Source: Podarcis cretensis (taxonomy: Eukaryota). From it: DNA of 64,000 nucleotides. Position 1 is the stretch's first letter. Every line of letters begins with the position of its first letter. The translations under genes were made by a program, and so were the position numbers. Below, in pieces: positions 1-13,800 of this stretch. The notes beneath the pieces are model-generated. The model was not told the DNA's origin. It worked only from the letters and a program-made list of their open reading frames with translations, and did no database searches. Location: NCBI GenBank assembly GCA_951804945.1, contig OX638159.1, forward strand, positions 34,534,001 to 34,598,000, read 5' to 3'.

Positions 1-1479
1 CTCTGATATGATGACCGCCTCATCAGAAAATAGGAAATTACAGGTAAGCAAAAAATAAATAATTTTTTTACATGCGATTTATTCTCCCACCCCACCCCCC
101 ATGTACATCAGTGTGCTCGTAATGATGACTTTAAAATAAATAAATGAAACTGCCACAAGCAAGAAAGAGTTACTACAACAAGCTTGGCTCCATCTCCCTG
201 CCAAAGGCTTCTATAACTCGTGTAAGCCTGATTACCCTCTCTTGCAGCAAAAGGAACTTAATTCTGTTCCCCCACCTGCTTTTTTTCTAGAATGTTACTA
301 AATGTTAAATTCTTCCCACGAACAGTGCAAGGCTATGTATCTGAATGCATTTTTGTTTCTTAACAGGTAAGGTGTTTATGTTTAGCCACAAATATATTTT
401 TTAGCATTTTTCATGAAATATATCAAAAAGAATATTATAATGTTCGAAATGAAAGCCATTCATTGCAATAAAACTCCATTAAAATATTGAGGGGAGTCCT
501 TCCAGTGACTTCAATAGGTCATTGAAAGTTAAATGGAAGCTATTCAGTAGTTATGTTGTAGAGGTTCAGCAGGGAGGAAAATATTGCTGTGAGTATTGTA
601 GTTTCCAGCAGATAGAAGCAATTTTGATCTCAAAAGAACTAGAGGGCAGGAAGTTAAGTGTTAATTCTGGGAAGGATTTATTTATTTGTAGTGTAACTGT
701 ACCTCATTTTTAAACTGTAGCACTAAAGGTCTTTAAATACTTTAACATATCACTGCCATAAACGTGACAAGTGTAATACTCTCAGGTGCAATCCTATGCT
801 CACTTACTCCTGTTATACATAGTTTATAATAGCATGGTGAATTTAGCTGTGTGAATTGGACCTATGTGATATTTCAATGCAAATGAAATACTTTACCTCT
901 GCTCACTACATTGCTCTAAGTAATGGCATCTTAATATTAAAGAGTACCACACTGATTCTGTAAATCTGCTGTAGCTGCCACAACAGAAACTGTAGCAGCA
1001 CTGAAAAAGCTGAAGCCACATCTCGTACTGAGAAATGCAGGAAAGATGCTCTGGCCTGTTCCTAATTTTTTACATAAGAAATCCATTGCTAAGAGGGAGA
1101 GAAGGAGAGAGAGCGAGGGGGGGGGGGAACCACACAAATGCTGAGGAACCTCTACTCTCTTACAGTATTTGTTGGGGGTATCCCTGATGGCCACCGATTT
1201 AAGTTCTTATGCCGATGTCTGAAGATGGGATGCATTAGCATAATATTTCAAGTTGTGCCGAAACATTTTATGCTACTTTAGACACTGCAGTCAATGGTTT
1301 GGATCCAGAGTTTACCACATCTAGTGAAGTTTGTGGAAGCTGACCTACCTGCTCCCTCCTCGCTATGGCAGCCCCTCCCAACCCCCACAAGATAGTATAG
1401 TAAACATTGGTATACCCTGCAGAATTTGGAGGAATGTGGGAGAATGGAATATCTTAAAATTGGCTTGAGACAATGTCAG

Positions 1480-1945
1480 CAAACAGATCCAGATGAGGGC
1501 CAGTAAACCGAAATTGCAACCTGATAGGACAAAGCCACTATGGTTGGGCAGTTCCATTGTCTGGAAACTAGACAAGTTGCCTGTTTGTGGTACGGTATCC
1601 CTCTTGATAAAGGGACAGGTAGTGTGGGAAGCTCTTAGATCCAGCATTGTTGAGGGAGGCAAAAGTGTCCTTTCTATCGAGCAGCACCTTTTACCAATTC
1701 TGGCAGGTATTCAACAGCCGTTCCTGGACAGGCATAATCTGGCCACATTGATCCATGCAGTGGTAACCTCGGGGTTGGATTACTGCAATGCACTGTGTGG
1801 GCTAAAATTGGTATGGAAGCTGCAGCAGGTACAGAATGCTGTGGCTAAGATGTGATGTGGAACAGCCTGCTCAGAACACATTACACCAATATTGAAAGAA
1901 CTGCACTGACTGCATGCATCTTACCAAGCCAGTTCAAGGAACTAG
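1480..1945 (+). mobile_element. L2-clade LINE fragment (ORF2 C-terminal region, decayed)
   Basis: Translates to LATLIHAVVTSGLDYCNAL...KLQQVQNAVAK...HYT/ELH, the L2 SRLDYCN/LQ.VQNAAAR/HITP..LHWLP motif series. Confidence 0.75.
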
Positions 1946-2685
1946 TAGCGTGGCTATTTTGTCCTCCCCCTTCTAGCCTCCAGCATCACCCACACGCTGT
2001 TCTGCAGGGGCCTCCAACTGATAAGAACAGCTTGTCAAAAGGCTGCAGGGGGAAGGAGAGGTTTTTTTTGGAGGGGGAAAGGCTCCTCCCTCTTAACTCC
2101 AGCACAGCTGAAACTCCACTGAGTGTAAGTGTGGTTTCAACTATATATATTTGCATATTTCACACTAATGTTGACTGGCTTAAAATAGATAATATCTAAA
2201 GTCTATCAAAACTAACAATCAAGTTTCTTCACTTCTGCCACCACCTGTCTAGAGTTGTCTGGTCCAAAAATGCTAGAAACTTTCTCAGAAATGCAAAGAA
2301 ACACTTAGGTGGACCTTAGCTATTCAAGCTCTTTCATCAACTGAATAATACATTGGCAAATGTCTCCCCAACTTAAACTGATGTGGTCACTGTGGCAGAA
2401 AACGGAATCCCTTTAAGATGCAAGGTTCCAAAGCTTTGTAGGGCTTCTAGATTAAAATCAACACTTCTTGGTCCATAATCAAATCATGGATTATAGCAAC
2501 TTTAATACATTAATTAACTTAATTACATTTGTTAATTAAAGTAATTAAGCTTGCATTAAACAGCACAAAGCAAATAATTGATTCTCAGCCAGCCGATAGG
2601 CCGAGTTCCTGAAGCCACTAGATCTGATTCTGTATATGATAGGGCTCATTTTTGTTCCATGTTTTTCTGCATAGGTTTATACTTA

Positions 2686-2981
2686 GGTAAAAGGTAAAGG
2701 TAAAGGTACCCCTGCCCGTACGGGCCAGTCTTGACAGACTCTGGGGTTGTGCGCCCATCTCACTTAAGAGGCCGAGGGCCAGCGCTGTCCGGAGACACTT
2801 CCAGGTCACGTGGCCAGCGTGACATCGCTGCTCTGGCCAGAGCCAGAGCCAGAGCCAGAGCCGCACACGGAAACGCCGTTTACCTTCCCGCTGGTAAGCG
2901 GTCCCTATTTATCTACTTGCACCCGGAGGTGCTTTCGAACTGCTAGGTTGGCAGGCGCTGGGACCGAGCAGCGGGAGCGCT
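2686..2981 (-). mobile_element. Sauria SINE, 5'-truncated
   Basis: (aaaggt)n tail and Sauria core; exact 12-bp TSD ggtttatactta at 2674-2685 and 2982-2993. Confidence 0.9.
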
Positions 2982-3199
2982 GGTTTATACTTACTTAGTT
3001 ATTTTCTTCATCTCTTATTTGGATGCTTAGTTATTTTCTTCATCTCTTATTTGGCTTTCTTTCCTGTTATAATGTACTGTATAAAGAAGGTGGTAGCTTA
3101 TGGCTTAGGAACGGAAAGCTATTTAACTCTGCTCTGTTGATAGCCTACTGTGGTGCTGCTGTTCTGTTTTGCTCACCTTAAGGAAGTAGCCAGGATAAA

Positions 3200-3922
3200 A
3201 GAAATGTGCTCCTCCCGTGCAGGAACACATTCCAAAGGATTATACTTTTCCCACTTGTTTTTCATTGGCATGGATACCTGGGCCATACCTAGAATCTATT
3301 GCATACAAACAGCACAGCCATGCTTCCTTTCATGTAGGGTGACTTTGAGACTCTGTCCTGACGTAGCGCATATGGAAGGCACTGAGGCATCGCTCCTGAC
3401 AGCTATGAGTTACCCACGACTCACTTCCATAAAGTCTGGAAGAACTTCACCTTGGTATTGGACATTGGATCATGTTCTCCCATACTCTCTTGGAGAGGCG
3501 AGCCATTGCCATAGCTGCCTTGCCAATATGCTTGTCTAGCTCAGTGTCAATGGAGAGGTTGCTGGTTGTGGTGGAACCCAAGTAGACAAAATTATCTACC
3601 ACCTCAAGCATGTGACTACCAATGCTGATGCATGGAGTGCTAGTGATGTACAGTGGTACCTCGGGTTAATAACTTAATTCATTCCAGAGGTCCGTTCTTA
3701 ACCTGAAACTGTTCTTAACCTGAAGCACCACTTTAGCTAATGGGGCCTCCCACTGCCGCTGGGCCGCCGGAGCACAGTTTCTCTTCTCATCCTGAAGCAA
3801 AGTTCTTAACCCGAGATAATATTCCTGGGTTAGCGGAGTCTGTAACCTCCAGCGTCTGTAACCTGAAGCTTATGTAACCCGAGGAATCACTGTACTGACT
3901 CAGGATGTTGGTCTTTGTCAGA
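3200..3922 (-). mobile_element. RTE-clade LINE fragment (RT region), interrupted by a MITE
   Basis: Minus strand reads KTNIL..ITSTP...LEVVDNFVYLGST..SNLSIDTELDKHIGKAAMAMARLSKRVWEN; left boundary approximate. Confidence 0.75.
3651..3892. mobile_element. Tc1/mariner (Tigger/pogo-like) MITE
   Basis: TIRs cagtggtacctcgggtta / taacccgaggaatcactg, TA on both sides. Confidence 0.88.
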
Positions 3923-3924
3923 GC

Positions 3925-4385
3925 TGCAGACACTGAGGAAGCTCTGCAGAAGCTCATGAACTGTTTTGCCCAAGCCTGCAAGGAGTTTCGGCCTTAACAC
4001 CCACCTGACAAAGAAGGTAAAAAGGTAAATGACTCCTGGACAGTTAAGTCCAGTCAAATTTGACTATGGGGTGCGGCACTCATCTCCGCTTTCAGGCCGA
4101 GGGAGCCGGCATTTGTCTGCAGACAGCTTTTCCGGGTCACATGGCCAGCATGACTAAACCACTTCTGGTGCAATGGAACACCGTGACGGAATCCAAGAGC
4201 GCACAAAAATGCTGTTTACCTTCCCGTCACAGCGGCATCAATCTATCTCCTCTCGCTGCTATGCTTTTGAACTGCTAGGTTGGCAGGAACTGGGACAAAT
4301 CAACTGGAGCTCACCCCATTGTGCAGATTTTAGCAAAGACTTAACATCCTGGGTCAGGACATCACCAGCACTCCACTCATCAGTT
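3925..4385 (+). mobile_element. RTE-clade LINE fragment, interrupted by a Sauria SINE
   Basis: ADTEEALQKLMNCFAQACKEF..LT before the SINE and NILGQDITSTP after it. Confidence 0.7.
4014..4331 (-). mobile_element. Sauria SINE (older, 5'-truncated)
   Basis: aaggtaaaaaggtaaa tail; core gggtcacatggccagcatgac ... gaactgctaggttggcagga. Confidence 0.85.
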
Positions 4386-7300
4386 TTCATATTCAATCAG
4401 CAATTTCACTTTAGGTTTCTTCGTGTAGGCTAAGACACAGTTACTATTCCTTCTCCCTGACTAGGACAAGCTTTAAACTCTCACCTGTGTAAAATACTTG
4501 CACCACTCCCAATTTTTCTCTAACTAGAAATACCCACTTGTGAGGGTAGGTAAACACAGTTTTGCAGAGAAAGCAGGCACTGGAATGCAGTGGCTGAATT
4601 TGGGCTCTCAAATTTCAGCAGCGCCTTGTGTGAAACTAAAATTCAGTTCTTCCTTGCATCTTGCACTCCGTTCTCCAGCACTGCTGTGGCACCCCCTGCA
4701 ATGTGGTGCCCAGTGCGGCCATATGTGTCACACTACCCTAAAACCACCTCTGTGGAGTGGGAAGGGTTCAAGCTCCCCATATCCATTTTTCCTAAGCCCT
4801 AAATTATTATTTCCTCCTAAATTTTCTTGGATCTCAGCATTATCTGCTACTGAGAGCCATGTGATGGTACCTGTGTCAGGTTTATGTTGCCACTAAGAGT
4901 GTGGTAAGATTAAAGCAAAGCATGGTATTTATTGGTGTGAAAGGAGACATTAATCCCACCCCTCCAGCTGGGTCCATTCTCCCTGAAAATGGGAATAATG
5001 CAATCTTGCAATGCAGTCACAGCCAAGAGCTCAGATGCAGACCTTTAAATATTTCTAGAACCAACAAGACCTAACCCTTGCTTCCATAGTAAACCATTTG
5101 CTAATTGCCCCCCTTAGTCATTTAAGTTTATTTTCATCCTGCAATCTATGGATTGCGTTTGCTTTAATTCATGTTACCTTCTTCCATAACGCAGTTCAGG
5201 AAGCTTGTTCTCTAAGGACCTTTGTATTACAGCTGTGGCTTTCTTGGGAATCGTGATGAGCTCAGCAACGTCTGCCTTTAATGTTCAAAACAATCATTGA
5301 GCAATAAAAATTAGGGCTCTTTTTGCAATTATTGATTTTGTACTAAGATGACTATCTCCCCTTCCCCTTGAAACTCATAAAATTTCAAATAGAAGCTTAA
5401 GTTGTTTCGTACTGCTACTCATAGTAGAAGGCTTTGAGGCATATGTTTGTTTTGTATGTGTTTAGCACAAAAAGAAGAGCATTGACCAGACAATCTTTCA
5501 ATCTAAGATTATGATAGATTAAGAAATGTTGACACTTCCATTCAGATTTTCCTTTGTGAAATTTAAGAGCGTTTTAATGGCTTACTGATTACAAATTGGT
5601 GCTGCTGTATTAAGATTGATATGGAATGTTTCATTAACCATATATCAGAAGAGTCTCTTACTTTCAGTTTCTTGTAGGCTGGTTTAACTTCTTAAATTAG
5701 TCATGTAAAATGTCTGCCCATGGAAATCAGTATCACACAGATTTTCAAAAGCTGTAACCATAAACCAGACCTAACATATCTAAGCTCTGGGTCACAGAAA
5801 GCATTGCAGTTGCCACATAATGCATCTGCGTGGAGCTTCACCTCTGATCTATTTTAAAAGGTCTTTCCATGAGCTCTGAACATGATATTTGAAATGGCCT
5901 AAAGAGGACCACTTTGGGAGGTATTGTTGAGGCACGTTCAAAACAGTTTTTAGTTCATATTTCTTGATCTGGGTATGCATGATTGTATTGCAGCCTATTT
6001 TGCAAGCTTTGGTATCGAAATTTCTTTAAGGAACCCACTATAATGCATTCAATGAGTGTTTGAAATATGTTGTACGCCAAAAGATAGCATTCAGTTTTGC
6101 CTGTGCTTTTTCTTGTCATACCACTTTAGTTGGCAAGAGTTGCAGAATTTAATGATTGAATTGCTAATTAGTAGACAAATTTTCAACTTGAAAAATAAAC
6201 AAGCATTGTACAACCTGAGCTTATAGTCCTGCCCCGCCCCATTTTTGTTTAACCTTGGAGGGGGGGGGGAAGAAATGCTTTATGCCAGCCTAATCACATT
6301 TAGTTTCTTATGTTCTTGGAATTTCACTGCACACTTTCTTAAGCTGGACATTATGTCAAAAACTTGGAAATGTAATTCACAATGTTCTTCTACATACAGG
6401 GTGCAAAAGTGACATCCAGTGGCCAGTTACATTAATTAGAATAAGTTGTATTCCATAGGGCAGATTTCAGCAATTCATTAATAAAATGAAAGTAAATCTC
6501 CTTAAGTTTTATGCTCATAGGATTGTGCTGTCAGATGTCTTTGCATTGCTTCAGTCTCACACAATTACAAAATGTTCTGTTCAGATGAAGACTTTAGAAA
6601 TTAAATCTAATGGGAGGCATAATAATTTTTGTAGTGGATCCCTGCTTGTTCTTCATCAGGAGCTTTATTTCCTATTTGCTCAGTTTGAAGGATGTCTAAA
6701 GGTAGCTAATTTCACCCTCTGTTTCACTTAGGAAACCTAATTTCTTTTGTTTGTTTCAAAAATTAACATCTTTCCCCCCCAAGAAGCATGGGAAAAATAT
6801 TGATCTGTTTGTAAGCTAATCTTATTTTAAAGCTTTTGGTAAACTTTCAACACCATGAGGTTATATTTACAACATTATTACCAATAGAACAGAATACCCC
6901 ACAAATACAGCACTGAAGTGTAGAAATGTTCATTCTGACAGAATTTCAATTTTTAAACATAGTGAAACTGCTTTACAATGGCTGTGGAAAACAGTGGAGA
7001 CAAAGGGAGGGTTCATTTTCTCCCTTCCACCTGCCTATCCGTGCAGCGTGTTAATTTTCCCCACCCTAGTTCTTGCTTTACCAAAATTCAGCATGATCCA
7101 AGTTCAGTTGGGTAACTGGCTCTTTTAAATTAGCCTACAAGTAGCCACAATGGCTCCTGAGGTAGACCAGGGCCATAATGCTTGGGGGACACAAAAGGCT
7201 AACCCCCCCCAAGCTATTTTATGCCACAGTAGGGAAAAGACTGGTACCGCATGGGTACCAAGCTCATATTGCAGCTGCTTTTAAGCAAAGAGCAGGATGT

Positions 7301-7762
7301 AAAGAGATCGTGTCTGGTTCAATCTGCAATGTTCTTAACTGTGTTTGGGTCTTGCCCATAATGCCATGCCGTGCTTTGAATATTGACTGCTTCGGCTGAC
7401 CCACGCTTATTCCTTGTTTTGTACAGAAGCTTAATTTTGGGCAGAGTTGTAGTAAAAGCATATACAAACAGATGGTTGAACTGGGCTTCTGTTAAGCTAA
7501 ATTAGTAGTAAGATTTAAAAATCCATAGCTTATTCCATGTACAAGTGTAAGGCAGCCATTTAGTCAAGGAATTTAAGTTTGAGCTTAACAGTTTCACTTG
7601 TGTATTTTGAAAATGAGGGCTAATGATTAAAAATGGAGGAAACTATGAAAAATGTCATGCAGAGAATTCCTTTCTGCCTTGCCACACTGTGGTCAAAGTA
7701 GTATTTTGGTTTTATGCCTATTGTGCAATGACAAAGGTTTATTTTCCCTTTGTTCTTTTCAG

Positions 7763-7852
7763 AGCGCTGCAGCAGCTCCCAGTCCAGTGCTAGGAAACAT
7801 TCCCCCAGGAGATGGCATGCCAGTAGGTCCTGTACCACCCGGTTTTTTTCAG
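7763..7852 (+). CDS. SSBP2: SSBP2 coding exon ([30 protein letters not shown])
   Basis: ttttcag acceptor and gtattc donor; 90 nt, phase 0/0; peptide matches vertebrate SSBP2 as I recall it. Upstream LisH/LUFS exons lie before the window. Confidence 0.96.
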
Positions 7853-8207
7853 GTATTCAGACAAATTATGAATTTTAGGACTTAGAAATGGGTCGGTAGC
7901 ATTATTTGGCACTGCCAGAAAAGAGTATCACTTCAAATTCTGTATAAAATGCATAGTATTTAAGAACAATAGCGGGTGGGATGGGGAATTAGGACAGGTT
8001 TAGTGATCAATAAAAGGCAAGCTTTAAGCTGTTTTATGTCAGGAGTTGGAAATTGTGAAACAGTGCAGTAATATTCACTGTTATAGAATATTAGATGTGC
8101 AATAGTCCCTTAGTCTAATTATGTAATTGGGGAGGTATTTTCTACACTAGCATAAGGAACTGGTTACTTAATATTGTCTTCTAATTAGAATCCATCTAAC
8201 TGAAATA

Positions 8208-8543
8208 CAGTGGTGCCTCGCAAGACGAAATTAATCCGTTCCGCGAGTCTCTTCGTCTAGCAGTTTTTTCGTCTTGCGAAGCAAGCCCATTGACGGCTTA
8301 GCGGATTAGCACTATTAGCGGCTTTTAGCGGCTTATCGGCTTATCGGATAAGCAGATAAGCGGCTTAGCGGCTTAGAAAAGGGGGGGGGGGAGGAAAAAA
8401 ACCCGCAGGAACTCGCAAGACATTTTCGTCTTGCGAAGCAAGCCCATAGGAAATTCGTTTTGCGAAGCACCTCCAAAACAGAAAACCCTTTCGTCTAGCG
8501 GGTTTTCCGTCTTGCGAGGCATTCGTCTTGTGGGGCACCACTG
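8208..8543. mobile_element. Tc1/mariner MITE
   Basis: TIRs cagtggtgcctcgcaagacgaa / ttcgtcttgtggggcaccactg, TA TSD, internal gcggctta-like repeats. Confidence 0.88.
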
Positions 8544-10767
8544 TAGCATTATACTTATACATTGTAGGTTAGCAGTGTTTTGGAAGAACAGTAGAATAAT
8601 GCAAATTCAAACTAGCAGTTTGAAACTCTAGGAAGCTGTTTCTACTCTTTAACAGGTAGCTATGTAAATCTGTGTATAGGTGTGTTTTTGGTCTGCTCTC
8701 ATATCAGCAGTCCTGCTACTAATTAGTTATGTTAAGATAAGTGAGAAAAACATTAGGTTAGGAAGCAAGTTACAGAAAGCTTCTTCTCTGAAAGAGAAAC
8801 TAGAAAACCAAGTTAATGGGAGTGTACTGCCTTCATTGACTATTTCTGACTTCAGGCATAGAGCACAATAATAATTCAGGGTACACCATAATATATATAA
8901 TGTTCTATTGTATAAGTCGGAGAGAGGTGTTGGTTTACTTATTGTAACAGTCTGATGAGCACAGAGAGAAGTACCACTAACATATATTGAGAAAGAGTCT
9001 GCTGATTGGCTTGTAGCCTTTTCAAGCAGAGATGGAGTTGTGAAACTGCCCGCAACTGTGGTGTACTGTTCCCAGGATAGAGAAAAATGATTGAACAATT
9101 TTTAAAAAAAATTAAAAATAGTATTTTCTATTAAAACATCAATTCTGGTAAATGCCATCTCTTTTCTAAAAGTGAAAACAATGAAAATGCCACCGGAGTG
9201 GGCTGAATCTGTGTGCTTTATTAGATGTTTCAAGTGGACAGATTATCGGGGAACTATAAAAACTAGATCTTATATATCCATTTGAAAACGTTCAGTGATA
9301 GACTATTTTTTAAATATCAAAAATGAATATAAAGACAAGTTTGGACAACTGTGCAGGTTTTGTAAAAATTGTCTAATTATCATAACTAAAACTGCAGTAC
9401 TCTGGAAAGAACTTGTGTTATTCAGACCCATGTCTTTTTAAAGGTTTGTCCTCTGTTCTTTTTCCACCTGTGTCTACCCCTTGGGATTTCCTTTCTGTGT
9501 GATGCTTCAAATCCTTGATAATACCATCCAGTTCATTTAACCACAACCTATGACCCTTGAGGTTTTTTACTGAAGCAAAAGGATTAATTCCATCCTTGTA
9601 TAAAAACTGTAGTGATTTAAGGATTATATTGTCCATTTGAGGGCAATTCTTTTGTCTCTCCACTTTTCCGCATTTGATAACACAGACCAGTGAAATTGTT
9701 GGTCACTTACCCAGGAGTAAAGAGACCTACTCTGGGCTTATTCTTGGGGAATTACATTGCAACAAAGGACAAGGCTAACATAGAAGGGAGCTTTTCTCTA
9801 TTAGATGCAGACTGTTGAAATTTAACACCAGGAGGTTATGTTTCTACCAGTGCAATTTGTATGAGATAGATGGCAAGGATTATAGTTTTGAGGTTTCAGC
9901 TGCCTTTTTGGTGACTTTTTCAGTGTCTCAGTGGTGTTGTTTGAAGTATGTTTATAAAATTGTGTTGTTGATTGTGACTGGTGGCCTTTTTGGATAATAG
10001 AGTTAATCTTTATATAGGTTATGCTATTTTTACTTAAAGTTGCACTGTTGGGTGGCTTTTAGCATTGTTTAATTATATTTATATATTTTGATGATTTCAA
10101 TTCTTTAAAAAGTGTTTTATGGGAGTTAGTCAACTAGATATATAGCATTTTAATTTTTTAGCAATGCCCATGCCACTCAAAATGCACGAGGCCTAATAAA
10201 AGCACTTTTTTCAGTGCACCTTGTAGGTGTCTGTCTTTGTTGCTTTGGTGTTAATACTTCCCTCCTCCTTTCCTTATTATTTTTAAATGATCTGATTTTA
10301 AAAGCAAATTGGAAGTTAATTCAAACATATTGAAGGCTACACTTAAATGCTTTTGAAATTGAATCATCACTACTTTTTTCCATTGAATAAAGTATCTTAC
10401 CTTAGGTAAGGCATCATAACTAAATGCAATGCAGAACATGCGTCTGGTTCACACATCACACTCAATCATGATTTGGTATAATGTACGAGAGCAGGAATGA
10501 CTGGTGGTGAGCCTTGGGTTCACCAGCCCTCTCGTCTTCTCTTCCTCGTTTGTTTTGAAGAAACTGGTAGATGCCAATGGCACTGAAAGGTACATAAAAG
10601 AACAGATGGGCTATATAAAGCTGAGTAAAATATTGGTCATCAGGAAAGCGCATTGGATCTCTTATGATAGTCAATTTTAATAATAGGCTAGTTCAAAAAC
10701 AATGTTTCCAGCATAGTTAAAGGGGAGATGTCACCATGTATTTTTTTTTAATGTAATTTTAATCTCC

Positions 10768-10821
10768 TGTTGGAAGCCACCCAGAGTGGCCGGGGATACC
10801 CAGCCAGATGGGCAGGGTATA

Positions 10822-10863
<42 letters not shown>
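10768..10863 (+). mobile_element. 3' end of a LINE (L2/CR1-like) with a (TAA)n tail
   Basis: gccacccagagtggc...cccagccagatgggcagggtata followed by a TAA microsatellite. Confidence 0.55.
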
Positions 10864-10864
<1 letters not shown>

Positions 10865-13800
10865 TTTTAAAAAACAAAAATTATTGTGAGCTCCCTGACT
10901 GACAAAAGGCAATACCTCCTGGGGTTTTTTGGAATAGAAAGTAGTTTTCAGAAATGTATTCCAGGGAACCCTAGGATTCCTTAGAAGTTCAATAAGAAGG
11001 TGGACAAACTTTTTGCAGTGGCAGCTAGCTCACAGTTATCAACCTTCCCTGGTGATGTGTTGCTGCAGAAGTGTTGGATGTTCTTTAAACTTCCCTCTCA
11101 ATTTGCACAGGTCTCACCGGTGCTGTCTGTACTGTGCCCTAAATTGTAGGTGTGTAGCAGAAATCTTGGCAGCATCTTAGGTTTCTGTGGCACACATTCT
11201 CATCAGGTTTCTGCATACAGAGCTAATTTTGAGTGCAGTTTGAAATTTCCACAAACATATGCAAAGAAAATAGCTATTCCGCATGTGGATTCCTATTTCA
11301 CATAACTAGCTGCGCTCATTGCTTTGTGTATTGCTTGCATATTTGCATACAGAGCTGTACAAGTGACCTTTGAATCATGACACCCAGCTGTTGGATAGAA
11401 TTGGCCAAATACTTTTAGACTGCATATCCTTAATTGCTATTATTTTTTATTACTAACTTGAAGTGTTAGGCACTTAACAGACTCTCCTAACCACTTACTG
11501 CAACTTCCATGTTCTTTACTTTCTTGAATAGTAAGACATACTAGGTTTCTTTCTGAAGGAAATTATTGAAGACTCACTATGTGACTATAGTGACAAATAT
11601 ATAGGTAGCAAAGAACAAGCAGCCACACACATAGTGCTGGCTTTAAAGTAGTGATAGCATTCATCTATCTTTTCCCTCCCACATAAAGATCACATAATCA
11701 AGAAGGTTGCTTCTTACGAACCAGTAGCAGGAAGATTTTTTCCTGTGTGCAGGATCCCTGCCACCTTAATACACAAGAGCATAAACTCATGGAAAAAGGG
11801 AGTGAGACTGTTCCATTGAGAACCTTTGTGTTGAATTGCATTTATAAGAGAGGGGAAAGTAGAGGAAGAAATGAGCTGGAATGAGCCACAGGAGCAGCGA
11901 GACATCTGGGGCCATCATTTTTAGAGATGCTGAGCTTGCACAAGTAGTTCATAGTTCTGATGCTCAACACATGAGGGGAAAAGAATCACTGAAGGAAACA
12001 TTTTCAGGCATTAGGGATTGCAGTCTCCTGCTATATGTGCTATTGGCTTTGAGTCTAGGACGTTGTGAACTAGTATGTGTGGGGAATTCATGCTGGGGCG
12101 AAAATACTGAAACCGATTTCCATGTTTGTTTTCTGTGGCTGCCACAAAAAAGCCATTTCCTGTTCCAGTGCCTCTGCTATTTGTGTCGTAAGGGGCAGTC
12201 TGTGCCAATGTGTGAATGCTACACTTTGGACCATAGGATGCAGTACAGAATCTAAATATCATTCCCCACAGCAGGCACCACCAAAACAGAAGCTTTCAGT
12301 TTTGGCTAATATGTAATATGTGAATGAGCATCAAGTGTAATCAGTATGTGATGTTGCCACATGGCTGCCCTAGCCAGTGGTTCTATATTTAGTGCTTTCC
12401 TGGTGCTTCCAAGCCTCATGTTGACAGGTGTGTGCTGAAGGGCAGGGGCCAGGAATACTGGCAGCTTCCACTTCAATGCCACATGGTGCAAACTGCTTAA
12501 ATTTCACCTGTGGAAGGGAATCTTGTAGTTGTACTAACCACATTGTATATGCTTAGCAGTATAAGGCCTGTTTCGTGGGTTATTCAATAGCTTTGGGTTA
12601 TAATTCCAAACACCATCAGGAGTAAGCCCCATTTAACACAATGGATTTTATTTCTGAGTAGGATTGCTCTGTACGGATTTTTTTTTTAAATGAGAAACAA
12701 ATAAAACAAGGCAGAACTGGGCTAAACAAAAACTACTCATCCAGCTATTTATCTCAATTTCAAAACCCATGTCTGTTATTTGACTTCGGGGGTAGGGAAG
12801 GTCTGTCCTGAAATGCTAGGAAAAGTTCCTTTTGAAATTGGTGTTTGAAATAACTGCAGTGGAATTATGCCTCATTGCACGGTGTGTGCATGTCTCCCGA
12901 TTTGCTCTCTTGGTACATGTGGATTTGCTTATGCTTACGACAGGTAGTGATATAACCTCATCATGTGTCAGGAGGCAATGCCACAATGCTTCCAGTATAG
13001 AACTTTATTGGTTACATAATAACACATAATGTTATTAATAGAAGTCATTGCTAGTCACAGCGACATTGGAGGCAGCAGCAGCAGCAGGGGCAACGGCTCC
13101 TCACTGCTGAGCAAAATTGTCAACTCCTTGCCATTTGAGGAATTTCCTTTAAACAAAGGACTTTCTCAAAAAGAACTCTTGAAAATACCTGTGATACTGC
13201 AATATTGATGAGGAACACCACTTGATTCTGAGCATGGAATGGAAATAGTTACAATTAATGAAACCGAAAGATGGCAAATTGGCACCACTAGGTGAAGCAC
13301 ATGGTATAATGACATAACATATCACTTTCAATGTGGTAGCACCCCAATTGTAGAATATCCTTACCCTGCCTTCTGGGGTGAAACCCACATTATTTACTTT
13401 TCTGAGGCAGTGGAACATACCTCTTTCCATTGTCTTTTACAGGGGTTTGATACAATTTAGCTGGCTGGAGGTTAATGGATAGTCTGTCTGCCCTTTTAAG
13501 AAGATAGCACAATGTTTTACTCATTGTTGTTATTTTATGTTGTCTCTCTTTGGGATCGTGAATAGATGAAGAGTGGGATAGAAATGGGAATGAATGAATA
13601 AAAATGAATAGAAAATACTCCCGTGTAATAGCCAGTTGTGCATTCCTTCTAAAGATTTCTGAGAATCAGATTTTAGCCACTTTTAAAATAATAATTCTAT
13701 CTATCTATCTATCTAAGCCACTTTAAAACAGAATATTGAAAAGGCCGATAGCTTTCTGTTTTAGAAAATTTACCTGTTAGTGATTAGGACTGGGTTTAAA

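Noticed and set aside
4588-4752. hAT-like MITE
   Set aside because: One end resembles a MITE terminus, but I could not match TIRs or a TSD.
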